Source: Dehalococcoidia bacterium
GTDB taxonomy: Bacteria; Chloroflexota; Dehalococcoidia; Bin125
Direction: 5' to 3'
DNA: 64,000 nucleotides
Assembly (NCBI GenBank): GCA_963663235.2
Contig: CAXXNO010000004.1
Location: 672,001-736,000 of the forward strand
In this document: positions 1 through 8,563 of the stretch, one piece after another
Position numbering within the stretch: the first letter of the stretch is position 1
Layout of the letters: every line of letters begins with the position of its first letter
The notes under the pieces: model-generated
Databases searched by the model: none
What the model saw: only the letters and a program-made list of their open reading frames with translations
What the model was told of the DNA's origin: nothing
Position numbers and translations under genes: made by a program

Positions 1-454
1 CTCGCGGCCCTTGCACGGCCAGCATGACGGTCGTGCGGGTCGCCTCCGTCGCCGCGCTCCCCGCCACGGCCCGCACGCGGGCGTAGTCGGCGGCGGCGTT
101 GGCCGCGTTGTGCACGATCAACCAGCGCTCGCCGTCGACGTGGTAGATGAACACGTCGTCCGCGATACCGCCTGCCTCGGTGCAATACAGCGAGTAGTGG
201 GCGCTGCCCGCTTCCAGGCTGAGCACGTTGTAGGTCGTGATGGACCGGATCTGCCGCCCGGCCTCCGGCCCCGTGACCCACACCCGCCCCAGGTGCGATA
301 CGTCGAAGACCCCGGCCTGAGTCCGCACCGCTTCGTGCTCTTCGATAATCCCCCGGTACTGGATCGGCATCGCCCAGCCGGCGAAGGGCGCGAACCGCGC
401 CCCGAGTCTCGCGTGCTGATCTCGCAGCGCCAGCGGCCGCAGCACGCTGGTCAC
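1..454 (-). CDS. gcvT: Glycine cleavage system aminomethyltransferase T (5' part; runs off window)
   Basis: Not in the ORF track. Manual translation from GTG 454: VTSVLRPLALRDQHARLGARFAPFAGWAMPIQYRGIIEEHEAVRTQAGVFDVSHLGRV...GGIADDVFIY...VHNAAN, containing the GcvT motifs FAGWxMP, EHxAVR, FDVSH and NAAN. Confidence 0.92.
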   Translation of the reverse strand, partial: MTSVLRPLALRDQHARLGARFAPFAGWAMPIQYRGIIEEHEAVRTQAGVFDVSHLGRVWVTGPEAGRQIRSITTYNVLSLEAGSAHYSLYCTEAGGIADDVFIYHVDGERWLIVHNAANAAADYARVRAVAGSAATEATRTTVMLAVQGPR

Positions 455-464
455 GGCCTGGAGG

Positions 465-1115
465 TCATGGGCGCGCGGCGGTCGTTTGCGCCTGGCGGAC
501 CAGGTAGCTGCTGTGCGCTTCCAGCAGCACCCGCTCGAATTCCAGGTGCTCCGTTCGCACCAGCTTGTTCAGGTCGCGCCCGGTGATGTACCGCCGCGAC
601 CATTTCGCGTCCTCCGGCACCGGCGCCAGCTTCGACGTCGTGGCGCACAGGAACAGGTGGAAGCGCTCGCTCCCCGGTTCGGCCTTTTCCGCTTGCGTCG
701 TCGCGGTCAGGTGCTGCCTCCCGAACTGATACCAGTCCTTGACCACAATGCCCCAGCGCTCGCGGGCGAGCCGCTTCAGCCACCTCTCCACTTGTTTCTC
801 GGCGCTCTTGGCGCGCCCCTTGGTCTGTTCCTCGAACGCCTCCGGTGTCTCCGCCCGCTCCACGATGGGGATCCGCCACGGCGCCCACTCGTCCCCCTCC
901 CGCACCACCACCGGCTTGTCCCGATGCCACGTCAGCACGTGCACGCTGTCCACGAGCTCCAGCGCCGGGACGTCTGCGCTCTCCTCGAAGCGGGAGATGT
1001 ACTCCGAGCCGATCCGCTTCTCCTTCTGGTAATGCATCGACTGCATCTCCAGCTGGTAGCGCTCGACCTCGGCCTTCTGCTCCATCCAGTTCTTGAGCTG
1101 CTCGGGCTGAACCAT
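465..1115 (-). CDS. Hypothetical protein, possibly a degenerate Nudix fold
   Basis: 216 aa ORF with protein-like composition, co-oriented between the MBL gene and gcvT; SVHVLTW..VVV..WRIP and LKRLARERWG resemble Nudix strands and a decayed Nudix box. Confidence 0.7.
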   Translation of the reverse strand: MVQPEQLKNWMEQKAEVERYQLEMQSMHYQKEKRIGSEYISRFEESADVPALELVDSVHVLTWHRDKPVVVREGDEWAPWRIPIVERAETPEAFEEQTKGRAKSAEKQVERWLKRLARERWGIVVKDWYQFGRQHLTATTQAEKAEPGSERFHLFLCATTSKLAPVPEDAKWSRRYITGRDLNKLVRTEHLEFERVLLEAHSSYLVRQAQTTAARP

Positions 1116-1167
1116 GATGCTTGTCCCTCCGCCGCCGCGGCCCGAGCGCCGCTCCTAGACCTGCCTC

Positions 1168-2034
1168 CTAGAAAACATGAGACGCCTCCGCCACGGCTTT
1201 GACCTTCCCCTCGGTCGCCCTCAGCCGCGCGACCCCCGGGTACGCGTGGTGCGCGTAGATCAGCAACTGCCGCTGCGCCACCGCCTCCGCCACGATCCGC
1301 CGCTTCGTCTCCATGCTGACCAATGGCAGGTCGTCGAACGCGCACAGCCAGGCGACGCGTTCCAGTTGCACGAACTGATGCGCCACGTCCCCCAGGTAGA
1401 CGGCCGTCTCGCCCCCTCGGCTGATCACCACCGACGCGTGGTCCGCCGTGTGCCCCGGCGACTCGATCACGCGCACGTCCGGCGTGATCTGCGTCTCCCC
1501 GTCCAGGAACTCCACCAACCCCGCTTCTTCCAGCGGCAGCAGGTTCTCCGACAGGTACGCGCCTTTGGTCCGCTCGTTTGGGTGCGTCGCTGCCTCCCAG
1601 GCCGCGCGCTGGATGTAATAGCGTGCGTTCGCAAACGTCGGCGTCAGGGCCTCACCCTCTCGACGCGTGTTCCAGCCGCAGTGGTCGTTGTGCAGGTGGG
1701 TGTTGATGACGATGTCGACGTCGCCGGGCTGCACCCCGTTGGCGGCCAGCTCGTCCAGCAACCGGCCGTGCTCCACCGGCGCGCCCCGCTTGCGCAGCAC
1801 GTCGATGGTCTTGTCGCCCAGCCCCGTCTCGATCAGCACGGTCTTCCCGTCTGATTCCAGCAGCAGGCAGTTGAGCCCCAGAGGGATCTCGTTACGCTCG
1901 TTGATCTCCGGCGCAACGCGGGACCACAGCATCTTGGGCACGGGACCGAAGACGGCGCCGCCGTCCAGCCACATCACCCCGTCGGACAGCACCGTCAGCG
2001 TCAGCCCGCCGACTCGGTACTTGGGACTCGACAC
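1168..2034 (-). CDS. MBL-fold metallo-hydrolase (YtnP/quorum-quenching lactonase-like)
   Basis: LDGGAVFGPVPK..W N-terminus, THLHNDHCG (HxHxDH), PGHT and HH motifs. Confidence 0.9.
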   Translation of the reverse strand: MSSPKYRVGGLTLTVLSDGVMWLDGGAVFGPVPKMLWSRVAPEINERNEIPLGLNCLLLESDGKTVLIETGLGDKTIDVLRKRGAPVEHGRLLDELAANGVQPGDVDIVINTHLHNDHCGWNTRREGEALTPTFANARYYIQRAAWEAATHPNERTKGAYLSENLLPLEEAGLVEFLDGETQITPDVRVIESPGHTADHASVVISRGGETAVYLGDVAHQFVQLERVAWLCAFDDLPLVSMETKRRIVAEAVAQRQLLIYAHHAYPGVARLRATEGKVKAVAEASHVF

Positions 2035-2101
2035 GGGCGCTCCCTTTTCGGAGGGCAGCGTAGCACGGGGGCATCTGCGCTCTGCGTTCCTCCGCGTCCC
2101 T

Positions 2102-2866
2102 CTAGTAGGCGAGACGGAGGAGCCGCGTCAGGGCGGCGGTGGCGGCGATAGGGGGCGCCACCTTCCACATGTCCCACCAGGCGCTACGTCCTCCGCGATC
2201 GAACGGCGCCGCCAGGTGCCGCGACATCCGCCACATGGGTCGAACCAGGCCCCCGCTCGTCGTGCGCCGGATCGGCCGGCCGTCTGTGACGGCGGCCAGC
2301 GCCTCGGCCATCGCCTTCGTGTCGTTCGCCCATTGGGCGCGGTACAGGATGATTCCACCGCTGTCGAGCAGGTAGGCCGAGTTCGGCTTGGGGCTGAGCG
2401 CCCGGTGCAGCGTGCCGTCGATGTCGTCGGTCGCCATTTCAAAGTCGAAGCCGTGAAGATCACGCAGCAACGCCGTGTGCTCCCGCTTCGTGTCGAACTC
2501 CTTCGGCTGCGGCGTCTTTTCGCCCGGGTGCGCCTCCCGCACGTTCACGATGACGAACCGCACGCGATCCCCAAAGCGGCCCTGCAACTCCCGGATCCCG
2601 GCCGCCGCGCTGTCCGTCACGGGGCAGGTGTACGAGCCGAACACCAGAAGCACCGGGCCTCGCTCTGCAAGGTCGCTGGACTGGAAGCGGCCTCCATCAA
2701 GGGTGGGCAGATCGAAGTCTGGGACGCGGTCACCCGGGCCGGGGTCGTTCTTCTTGTAGTACATGTCCCCAAGCACCAGCCGCATCCCGAGGTGATCAAA
2801 GCGGTAGCGGCTGCCGGCCTCGCTAGGGGCCTCCGCTTGTGCGGTATTGCTGGCCATTTGCATCAC
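2102..2866 (-). CDS. Peroxiredoxin-fold iodothyronine-deiodinase-like protein (Cys form)
   Basis: PGDRVPDFDLPTLDG..PVLLVFGSYTCP and VNVREAHPGE match the deiodinase-family FGSxT(U/C)P and ExEAH motifs. Confidence 0.78.
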   Translation of the reverse strand: MMQMASNTAQAEAPSEAGSRYRFDHLGMRLVLGDMYYKKNDPGPGDRVPDFDLPTLDGGRFQSSDLAERGPVLLVFGSYTCPVTDSAAAGIRELQGRFGDRVRFVIVNVREAHPGEKTPQPKEFDTKREHTALLRDLHGFDFEMATDDIDGTLHRALSPKPNSAYLLDSGGIILYRAQWANDTKAMAEALAAVTDGRPIRRTTSGGLVRPMWRMSRHLAAPFDRGGRSAWWDMWKVAPPIAATAALTRLLRLAY

Positions 2867-2873
2867 TCCCTAT

Positions 2874-3455
2874 CTAAGCGTCCCTGCGCGGGAGGGGAGG
2901 ATAGCGCAATCGCGCGTGGATATCCGCAAGCGCAAACGGAGCAGCGAATATCCTTCGGACCGTGGCTGTCGGGGCGATGATCGCCACCGGCCTCGTCATC
3001 GTCGCTATGAGCGAGTCCTCTCGATGGCGCGCCGATCCAGGCTGACTCAGCCCAAGCTGACGCAGCCCATGCTGACGCGGCGACGCGTGCTCCTCGGCTG
3101 CGGGCGCCGGCCTGGTCGTCGTCGCATCACGCGTGCGCCGGTAGTGATCCCGACTCATCCGTAGCGCCCGAACGTGCAGGCTAGACTCCAACACCTCCTC
3201 GGCTCCGATCACCAACGACAGCGCCAGAAGCCAGTCCAGCTGCCAGATCCAGGCGCCCGCGACGCCCGCCAGCGCCAGTCCGATGATGCCTCGCCGGAAC
3301 CCCTGCACGCCGTCCAGCGTCTTCGCCGGATCGGCGTATGGCGGCCGGAACCCGCGCCACAACCGACGGCCTCCCTGCAGCGGTGGCAGCAGCCCGGCCA
3401 CCGCGAGCGTGGTGGCCGGGTACGTCCGCCACGACAGATCGATGAGCGCCTCCAC
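2874..3455 (-). CDS. Small membrane protein (3' part probably spurious extension)
   Basis: About 3 hydrophobic segments in the first ~100 aa; lies in the operon after MFS-SDR. Confidence 0.55.
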   Translation of the reverse strand: MEALIDLSWRTYPATTLAVAGLLPPLQGGRRLWRGFRPPYADPAKTLDGVQGFRRGIIGLALAGVAGAWIWQLDWLLALSLVIGAEEVLESSLHVRALRMSRDHYRRTRDATTTRPAPAAEEHASPRQHGLRQLGLSQPGSARHREDSLIATMTRPVAIIAPTATVRRIFAAPFALADIHARLRYPPLPRRDA

Positions 3456-3476
3456 GCTGCGCCCCGCTCTCCGCTA

Positions 3477-5930
3477 CTACGCGGCCGTCTCCTTGGGACG
3501 CTCGAATGCGGCTGGCTCGCCCGCCGCGGACCCGGCGCCCTCCGCCATCTGTCGCATCATCTCCCACGCGCCCACCGCCCCGAACATCTTCGACGCGAAC
3601 GCCGGCGAAAGCGTCAGCAGCTTCGCCCCCGGCGGTCCCACCAGCACCTCGGCCTTGTCCCGCTTGATCGCCCGCACCACGCCCTTCGCCACGGCCTCGG
3701 GGGTGACCGGCGGGAACATGCGCGGGGGCCGCACGCCGGACCGGTCCATCGCGTCCTGAAAGATCCCCGCCCCATCGACGCCGGCCGGGCTCACGACGGA
3801 AACGCTCACGCCCGTGCCGCGGAGCTCATAGCGCAGCGACCGGCTGAACGCGATCAGGCCGGCCTTCGCCGCCGCGTAAGACACGGCGTACTTCGCGTCG
3901 ACCTTTGCCAGCATCGTCGAGACGTTGACCACGTGCCCGGCGCAGCGCTTGAGCATCTGCGGGAGCGCTTCGTGCGTGAGCAGCATCGGCGCGGTGAGGT
4001 CGATCGTGATCTCGTTCGCGACCTCACCCCGCTCCTGCTCGCTGAACGCCCCCATGTGCCCCACGCCGGCATTGTTGACCAGCACCTCGATGCCGCCGAA
4101 TATGCCGCCGAACTCGCGCTCCGCGGCTTGCAGCAGCGCCCCCCGCGCGGCGGCGTCCGTGACGTCCGTCGGCACGACCAGCGTACGCACGCCGTACTCC
4201 GCCTCGATCTCCGCGGCCGTCCGTTCCAGCCCCTCCCGCGATCGCGCCGCGAGCACCAGGTTCATCTCCTCCTTCGCCAGCGCCCGCGCGATGTGCGGTC
4301 CGATCCCCCGCGACGCTCCGGTCACCACTGCTGTTCGATTCTTCAGGTTCTTCACCGCGTCCTTTGGCTCGTGCTCGGCCTGGTTCGTCCGCATCCGCCG
4401 CGGCAGCAACAGCGCCGCCACGACCGCTGTGGCCATTAAGCCCACGCTGACCCACAGCCCGATCGCGAAGGCGTCCACGAAGGCGGTGTTCGCGGCGGCC
4501 ATCACAATCGCACCGACGTCGGGCGGGAGCGACTGTGCCGCCACCGCCGCCACGCCGATCCCTTCTCCGGCCGTTTCCACCAGTCCCTCGTCGACGAGGC
4601 CGCTGAGGTTGTCTTCGACGTTACTGGTGTACAGGCTGCCCACGATGCTCCCGGTGATGGCGATGCCCAGTGTTGCTCCCAGCTCCCGGCTCACGTCGTT
4701 CACCGCCGAGCCGATGCCCGCATCGTCGACCGGCACCGCCGCCATCACCGTGTCCGTCAGCGGCGCCTCCGCCAGGCCGCCGCCGAAGCCGAACATCATC
4801 AGGCCGATGGCTACGGTGCTGTAGTTGGTGTCGACGTCGAGCTGCGTCAGCCAGGCCAGCCCCAAGGCCATCGCGCCCGTGGCGGCCAGCAGGAGGACCC
4901 GCGGGCCCACGCGCTTGTTCAGCACCCCGGAGATGGGCGCGCCGACCATCATCATGCCCGCCATAGGGAGCAGGTAGGCGCCCGCCGTCAGCGCGCTCTT
5001 CCCCTGCACGATCTGGAAGTACTGGGTGAGGAAGAAGAACGTCACCATCAGCGAGAAGAACACCAGCCCGATGATCAGCACCGCGCCGCTGAAGTCCCGC
5101 TGCCGGAAGAACCGCAGCGGCAGCATCGGCGCGGGTGTCCGCAGCTCCACCGCCACGAACGCCGCCAGCAGCACGATGCCGATGCCGAAGGCCGCCACGA
5201 TCCCGGGCGAGGTCCAGCCGGCCTCGTTCCCCTGGATCAGGCCGTAGACCAAGGCCAGCAGCCCGCCGGTCGCCAGCAGGGCGCCCCGCAGGTCCAGCCC
5301 CAGGAAGCGGCTATCGCGGGATTCCGGCACCACCCGCAGGCCCAGCAGCACCAGCGCCACGATCGGCAGGTGCAGCCAGAACACCGCATTCCAGTTGATC
5401 TCGTCCACCAGCAAGCCGCCGAAGACCGGCCCGATCGCCAACCCCAGCGCCCCCACCCCGGCCCAGATCCCGATCGCCATGGAGCGCTCCTCGCGCGGGA
5501 AGACGTTCGTGATGATCGAGAGCGTCGCCGGCAGCACCAACGCCGCCCCCGCGCCCTGGATGCCGCGCATGAGGATCAGCGTCTCGGCGCTGGTCGCCAG
5601 CGCCGCCCCGGCGGCCCCGGCCCCGAAGATGACCATCCCCAGCGTGAAGAACCGCCGCCGCCCGAAGCGGTCGCCCATCGTGCCGCCCAGGAGCAGCAGC
5701 CCGGCCAGGATCAGGGTGTAGCCGTCCACCACCCACTGCAGCGTCGACATCGAGGCGTTCAGGTCCCGCGCGATCGACGGCAGCGCCGTGTTGACCACCG
5801 TGTTGTCCAAGAAGATCATCAAGGTCGCCAGCGACATCACCGCCAGCACCAACCAGCGGCGCGCGGACGGGCCGGCGATTGTCGGGGGGGGCATTCTTGG
5901 GTCAGGGAGTCGGAGCGCTTCGGTGCTCAT
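3477..5930 (-). CDS. DHA2/EmrB-QacA MFS transporter fused in frame to a C-terminal SDR
   Basis: LDNTVVNTALPSI, GDRFGRRR, 14-TM pattern; then TAVVTGASRGIG, NNAG, SYAAAK. Confidence 0.88.
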   Translation of the reverse strand: MSTEALRLPDPRMPPPTIAGPSARRWLVLAVMSLATLMIFLDNTVVNTALPSIARDLNASMSTLQWVVDGYTLILAGLLLLGGTMGDRFGRRRFFTLGMVIFGAGAAGAALATSAETLILMRGIQGAGAALVLPATLSIITNVFPREERSMAIGIWAGVGALGLAIGPVFGGLLVDEINWNAVFWLHLPIVALVLLGLRVVPESRDSRFLGLDLRGALLATGGLLALVYGLIQGNEAGWTSPGIVAAFGIGIVLLAAFVAVELRTPAPMLPLRFFRQRDFSGAVLIIGLVFFSLMVTFFFLTQYFQIVQGKSALTAGAYLLPMAGMMMVGAPISGVLNKRVGPRVLLLAATGAMALGLAWLTQLDVDTNYSTVAIGLMMFGFGGGLAEAPLTDTVMAAVPVDDAGIGSAVNDVSRELGATLGIAITGSIVGSLYTSNVEDNLSGLVDEGLVETAGEGIGVAAVAAQSLPPDVGAIVMAAANTAFVDAFAIGLWVSVGLMATAVVAALLLPRRMRTNQAEHEPKDAVKNLKNRTAVVTGASRGIGPHIARALAKEEMNLVLAARSREGLERTAAEIEAEYGVRTLVVPTDVTDAAARGALLQAAEREFGGIFGGIEVLVNNAGVGHMGAFSEQERGEVANEITIDLTAPMLLTHEALPQMLKRCAGHVVNVSTMLAKVDAKYAVSYAAAKAGLIAFSRSLRYELRGTGVSVSVVSPAGVDGAGIFQDAMDRSGVRPPRMFPPVTPEAVAKGVVRAIKRDKAEVLVGPPGAKLLTLSPAFASKMFGAVGAWEMMRQMAEGAGSAAGEPAAFERPKETAA

Positions 5931-5969
5931 CTCTGTGGCTCTCCTCTCGGCGTGCCTGGTTCGATTGCG

Positions 5970-6094
5970 TACCGTACGTTCGTCTTGTATGGTCGTATGG
6001 ATACCGTACGGTCGTTAGGTAAGTCAACCCATGTGGGGACATAACAACTAGGGAGGTACTTGGCCCGAGTGTTCCCTGCGTAACGGACGTTCGG
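5970..6094. promoter_or_regulatory. Probable TetR operator repeats in the divergent intergenic region
   Basis: TACCGTACGTTCGT (5970-5983), TACCGTACGGTCGT (6002-6015, contains palindrome ACCGTACGGT) and degenerate TAACGGACGTTCGG (6081-6094). Confidence 0.55.
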
Positions 6095-6143
6095 TCCGGA
6101 TATCATGCGAGCGCGAGGCCGCCGCCTGCGAGAGGACCAGACC

Positions 6144-6767
6144 ATGCCTGCGAAGCTGACGGAGACCGAAGCACGGACGAAGCGCGACGAGTTGCTGGCG
6201 TTGGTCGCCCCGCTCTTCGCGGAGAAGGGCTACGAGGGCGCCACGGTCAAGGACTTAGAGCGGGCCACCGGCCTCAGCCGCGGCGGCATCTTTTTCCATT
6301 TTCCGGGAAAGCGCGAGCTGTATCTGGCGGTTCTGAGGAAGTCGCTCCTGGAGGAGCCGCTCGCCGAAGGTATGCCCTTCGTCGGCAAGATCGCCATGAG
6401 CGCCGGCTCAGCGGAGGAGTCGTTGCTGGCCACCTACCACGGGATCCTGGAGTGGCATCGCGACCATCCGGAAGGAATGCAGTTCTTTCAGCAGCTAGCC
6501 GTCCGCTCCGGTACGGAGCCCGACATCGCCGAGCTCGACCGGCAGATCACCGAATCCGTGAACGAGTTCATCGCCGAGATCGTGCGCGCCTTGCAGAACA
6601 AGCGTGTCTTCAATCCCGAGGTGAATCCGCAAGCGGCCGCCGCCATGTTCCAGGGGGTGATGGACCATCTGGTCGCGCGGGCGCATTCCCTGCCCCCCGA
6701 CCAAGCGGAGTCCATCGCGCGCGCCACCTTCAAGGTGATGGCGGAGGGACTCAAGCCCCGCGCCTAA
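6144..6767 (+). CDS. TetR/AcrR family transcriptional regulator
   Basis: LFAEKGYEGATVKDLERATGLSRGGIFFHFPGKRELY HTH; ATG 6144 after GAGGA. Confidence 0.92.
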   Translation: MPAKLTETEARTKRDELLALVAPLFAEKGYEGATVKDLERATGLSRGGIFFHFPGKRELYLAVLRKSLLEEPLAEGMPFVGKIAMSAGSAEESLLATYHGILEWHRDHPEGMQFFQQLAVRSGTEPDIAELDRQITESVNEFIAEIVRALQNKRVFNPEVNPQAAAAMFQGVMDHLVARAHSLPPDQAESIARATFKVMAEGLKPRA

Positions 6768-6862
6768 TCGGTCGACTGGCGCCCACGCCCGACCGCGTCG
6801 CTCGGCCTCTTCTGCTCGCCGCCCCTATAATGGCGCGACCCGCGGAAAGGAGCCCGCGCGCC

Positions 6863-7804
6863 ATGGCCGGTACCCCCTACGCGTTTTTCGAGGGCAAGTT
6901 GATGCCCCTCGCTGAGGCCAAGATCAGCGTGATGACGCACGCCTTCAATTACGGCACGGCCGTCTTCGAGGGCATCCGCGCCAACTGGAACGCCGAGGAC
7001 GAGCGGCTCTACCTCTTCCGCGTGCCGGAGCACTACGCGCGGCTCCGCCGCTCGGCGCACATCTTGATGATGGAGCTGCCCTATTCGGACGACGAACTGA
7101 CGCAGATCACCACGGAGATGGTCGCCAAGGCGGGGTTCCGGGAGGACCTCTACGTCCGGCCTATGGTGTACAAGGCCCAAGAGGTGCTCGGCGTTCGCCT
7201 CCACGACGTCGAGGACGGCGTCCTCATCTTTGTCACCCCCTTCGGCGCTTACCTCGACCTGGACAAAGGGATCCGCTGTTGCACCTCCTCTTGGCGCCGC
7301 GTCGACGACACCTCCATCCCGGTCCGCGCCAAGGTCACCGGCGTCTACGTCAACTCGGCCCTGGCCAAGACGGAAGCCTTCCGCCGCGGCTATGACGAGG
7401 CCATCCTGCTCAATCAGGACGGCCACGTTTCGGAAGGAAGCGGCGAAAACATCTTCATGATCGGCAACGGCCGGCTCTTCACCCCGCCCAGCGCCGACAA
7501 CATCCTTGTCGGCATCACCCGCGCGACGGTGATTGAGCTGGCGCAAAAGGAACTCGGCCTCGACGTCGTGGAAACGACGATCGACCGCAGCGAGCTCTAC
7601 GTGGCCGACGAAGTGTTCATGACCGGCACGGCCGCCCACGTGACCCCCGTGGTGGAGGTGGACGAGCGACGGGTCGGGAGCGGCGACATCGGCCCCGTCA
7701 CCGCGCGACTGCAACAGCTCTACTTCGACGCCGTTCTCGGTCGGCTGCCCCAGTACAGCGATTGGGCCATCCCGGTCCCCAGCGGCCAGCCGGTGAAGGC
7801 GTGA
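6863..7804 (+). CDS. ilvE: Branched-chain amino acid aminotransferase
   Basis: HAFNYGTAVFEGIRA, YVRP, AKVTGVYVNS, SEGSGENIF, LVGITR, DEVFMTGTAA. Confidence 0.95.
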   Translation: MAGTPYAFFEGKLMPLAEAKISVMTHAFNYGTAVFEGIRANWNAEDERLYLFRVPEHYARLRRSAHILMMELPYSDDELTQITTEMVAKAGFREDLYVRPMVYKAQEVLGVRLHDVEDGVLIFVTPFGAYLDLDKGIRCCTSSWRRVDDTSIPVRAKVTGVYVNSALAKTEAFRRGYDEAILLNQDGHVSEGSGENIFMIGNGRLFTPPSADNILVGITRATVIELAQKELGLDVVETTIDRSELYVADEVFMTGTAAHVTPVVEVDERRVGSGDIGPVTARLQQLYFDAVLGRLPQYSDWAIPVPSGQPVKA

Positions 7805-7939
7805 CGCCGCGAAACCCGCTCGTCCGTAGCCCTGATCCTGTCGCAGGGTCCCGGGGCGCTGGGGGCCGAACGGATCGCCGGTCACGGGAGACCGTCCGCT
7901 CACGGCCGTACTGAGCGTGCGACGCATGGGCCGGACCGC

Positions 7940-8563
7940 ATGCACGAGGCGCTGACGCTCATCCTGGCCTATGCCATCGGCTCGATCCCGAGCACGTGGC
8001 TCATCTTCTACTGGCGAACCGGCGCGGACTTGCGCCGCGTCGGCGACCGCAACGTGGGCTCCGCCAACGCGATCCGCGAGGGGGCGGGGTGGTTCTGGGG
8101 CCATCTCACGCTCCTGCTGGACACGGGCAAGGGGCTCCTCGCCGTGTCGATCGCCCGTTGGTTGGACCTCGACGTCGGCTGGTGGCTGGGGGCGGGCTTT
8201 GTTGTGATGATCGGGCACATGTATCCGCTCTGGCTCGGTTTCCGCGGCGGCCGCGGCGCCGCCACCGCCATGGGGGCGGCGGGCGCGTTCTTGCCCTGGC
8301 AGTTCGGCCTCACCTTCGCCGCCGGCATGGTGGCGTTCCTCGGGCTGCGTAACGCCCAACTCGGCTTGCTCCTCGTGTCGGCCCCCCTGCCGTTCCTCGC
8401 GATCGCCTTCGGCTTGCCCGCGGCCGCCATCGCCTTTTGCTTCGCCGCGCCGGTCCTCGCTGGCCTCAAGGCCGGCCTCGATCGCTGGCAGCGGCGCAGG
8501 GCGGGTCCGGCCCCGACGACGCCCGCCCTCCCGCCCGCTGGCCGGGCACGGTCCGACGCATGA
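7940..8563 (+). CDS. plsY: Glycerol-3-phosphate acyltransferase PlsY family
   Basis: AYAIGSIP, DLRRVGDRNVGSANAIR, LDTGKG, GHMYPLWLGFRGGRGAAT. Confidence 0.85.
   Translation: MHEALTLILAYAIGSIPSTWLIFYWRTGADLRRVGDRNVGSANAIREGAGWFWGHLTLLLDTGKGLLAVSIARWLDLDVGWWLGAGFVVMIGHMYPLWLGFRGGRGAATAMGAAGAFLPWQFGLTFAAGMVAFLGLRNAQLGLLLVSAPLPFLAIAFGLPAAAIAFCFAAPVLAGLKAGLDRWQRRRAGPAPTTPALPPAGRARSDA

Noticed and set aside
2102-2866. Deiodinase-like gene as a selenoprotein
   Set aside because: The active-site codon is TGC (Cys), not TGA.
3024-3100. 15-bp triple repeat GCTGACKCAGCCCAW encoding a Tat-like LTRRRVL on the + strand
   Set aside because: No downstream coding domain; at most a tiny remnant.
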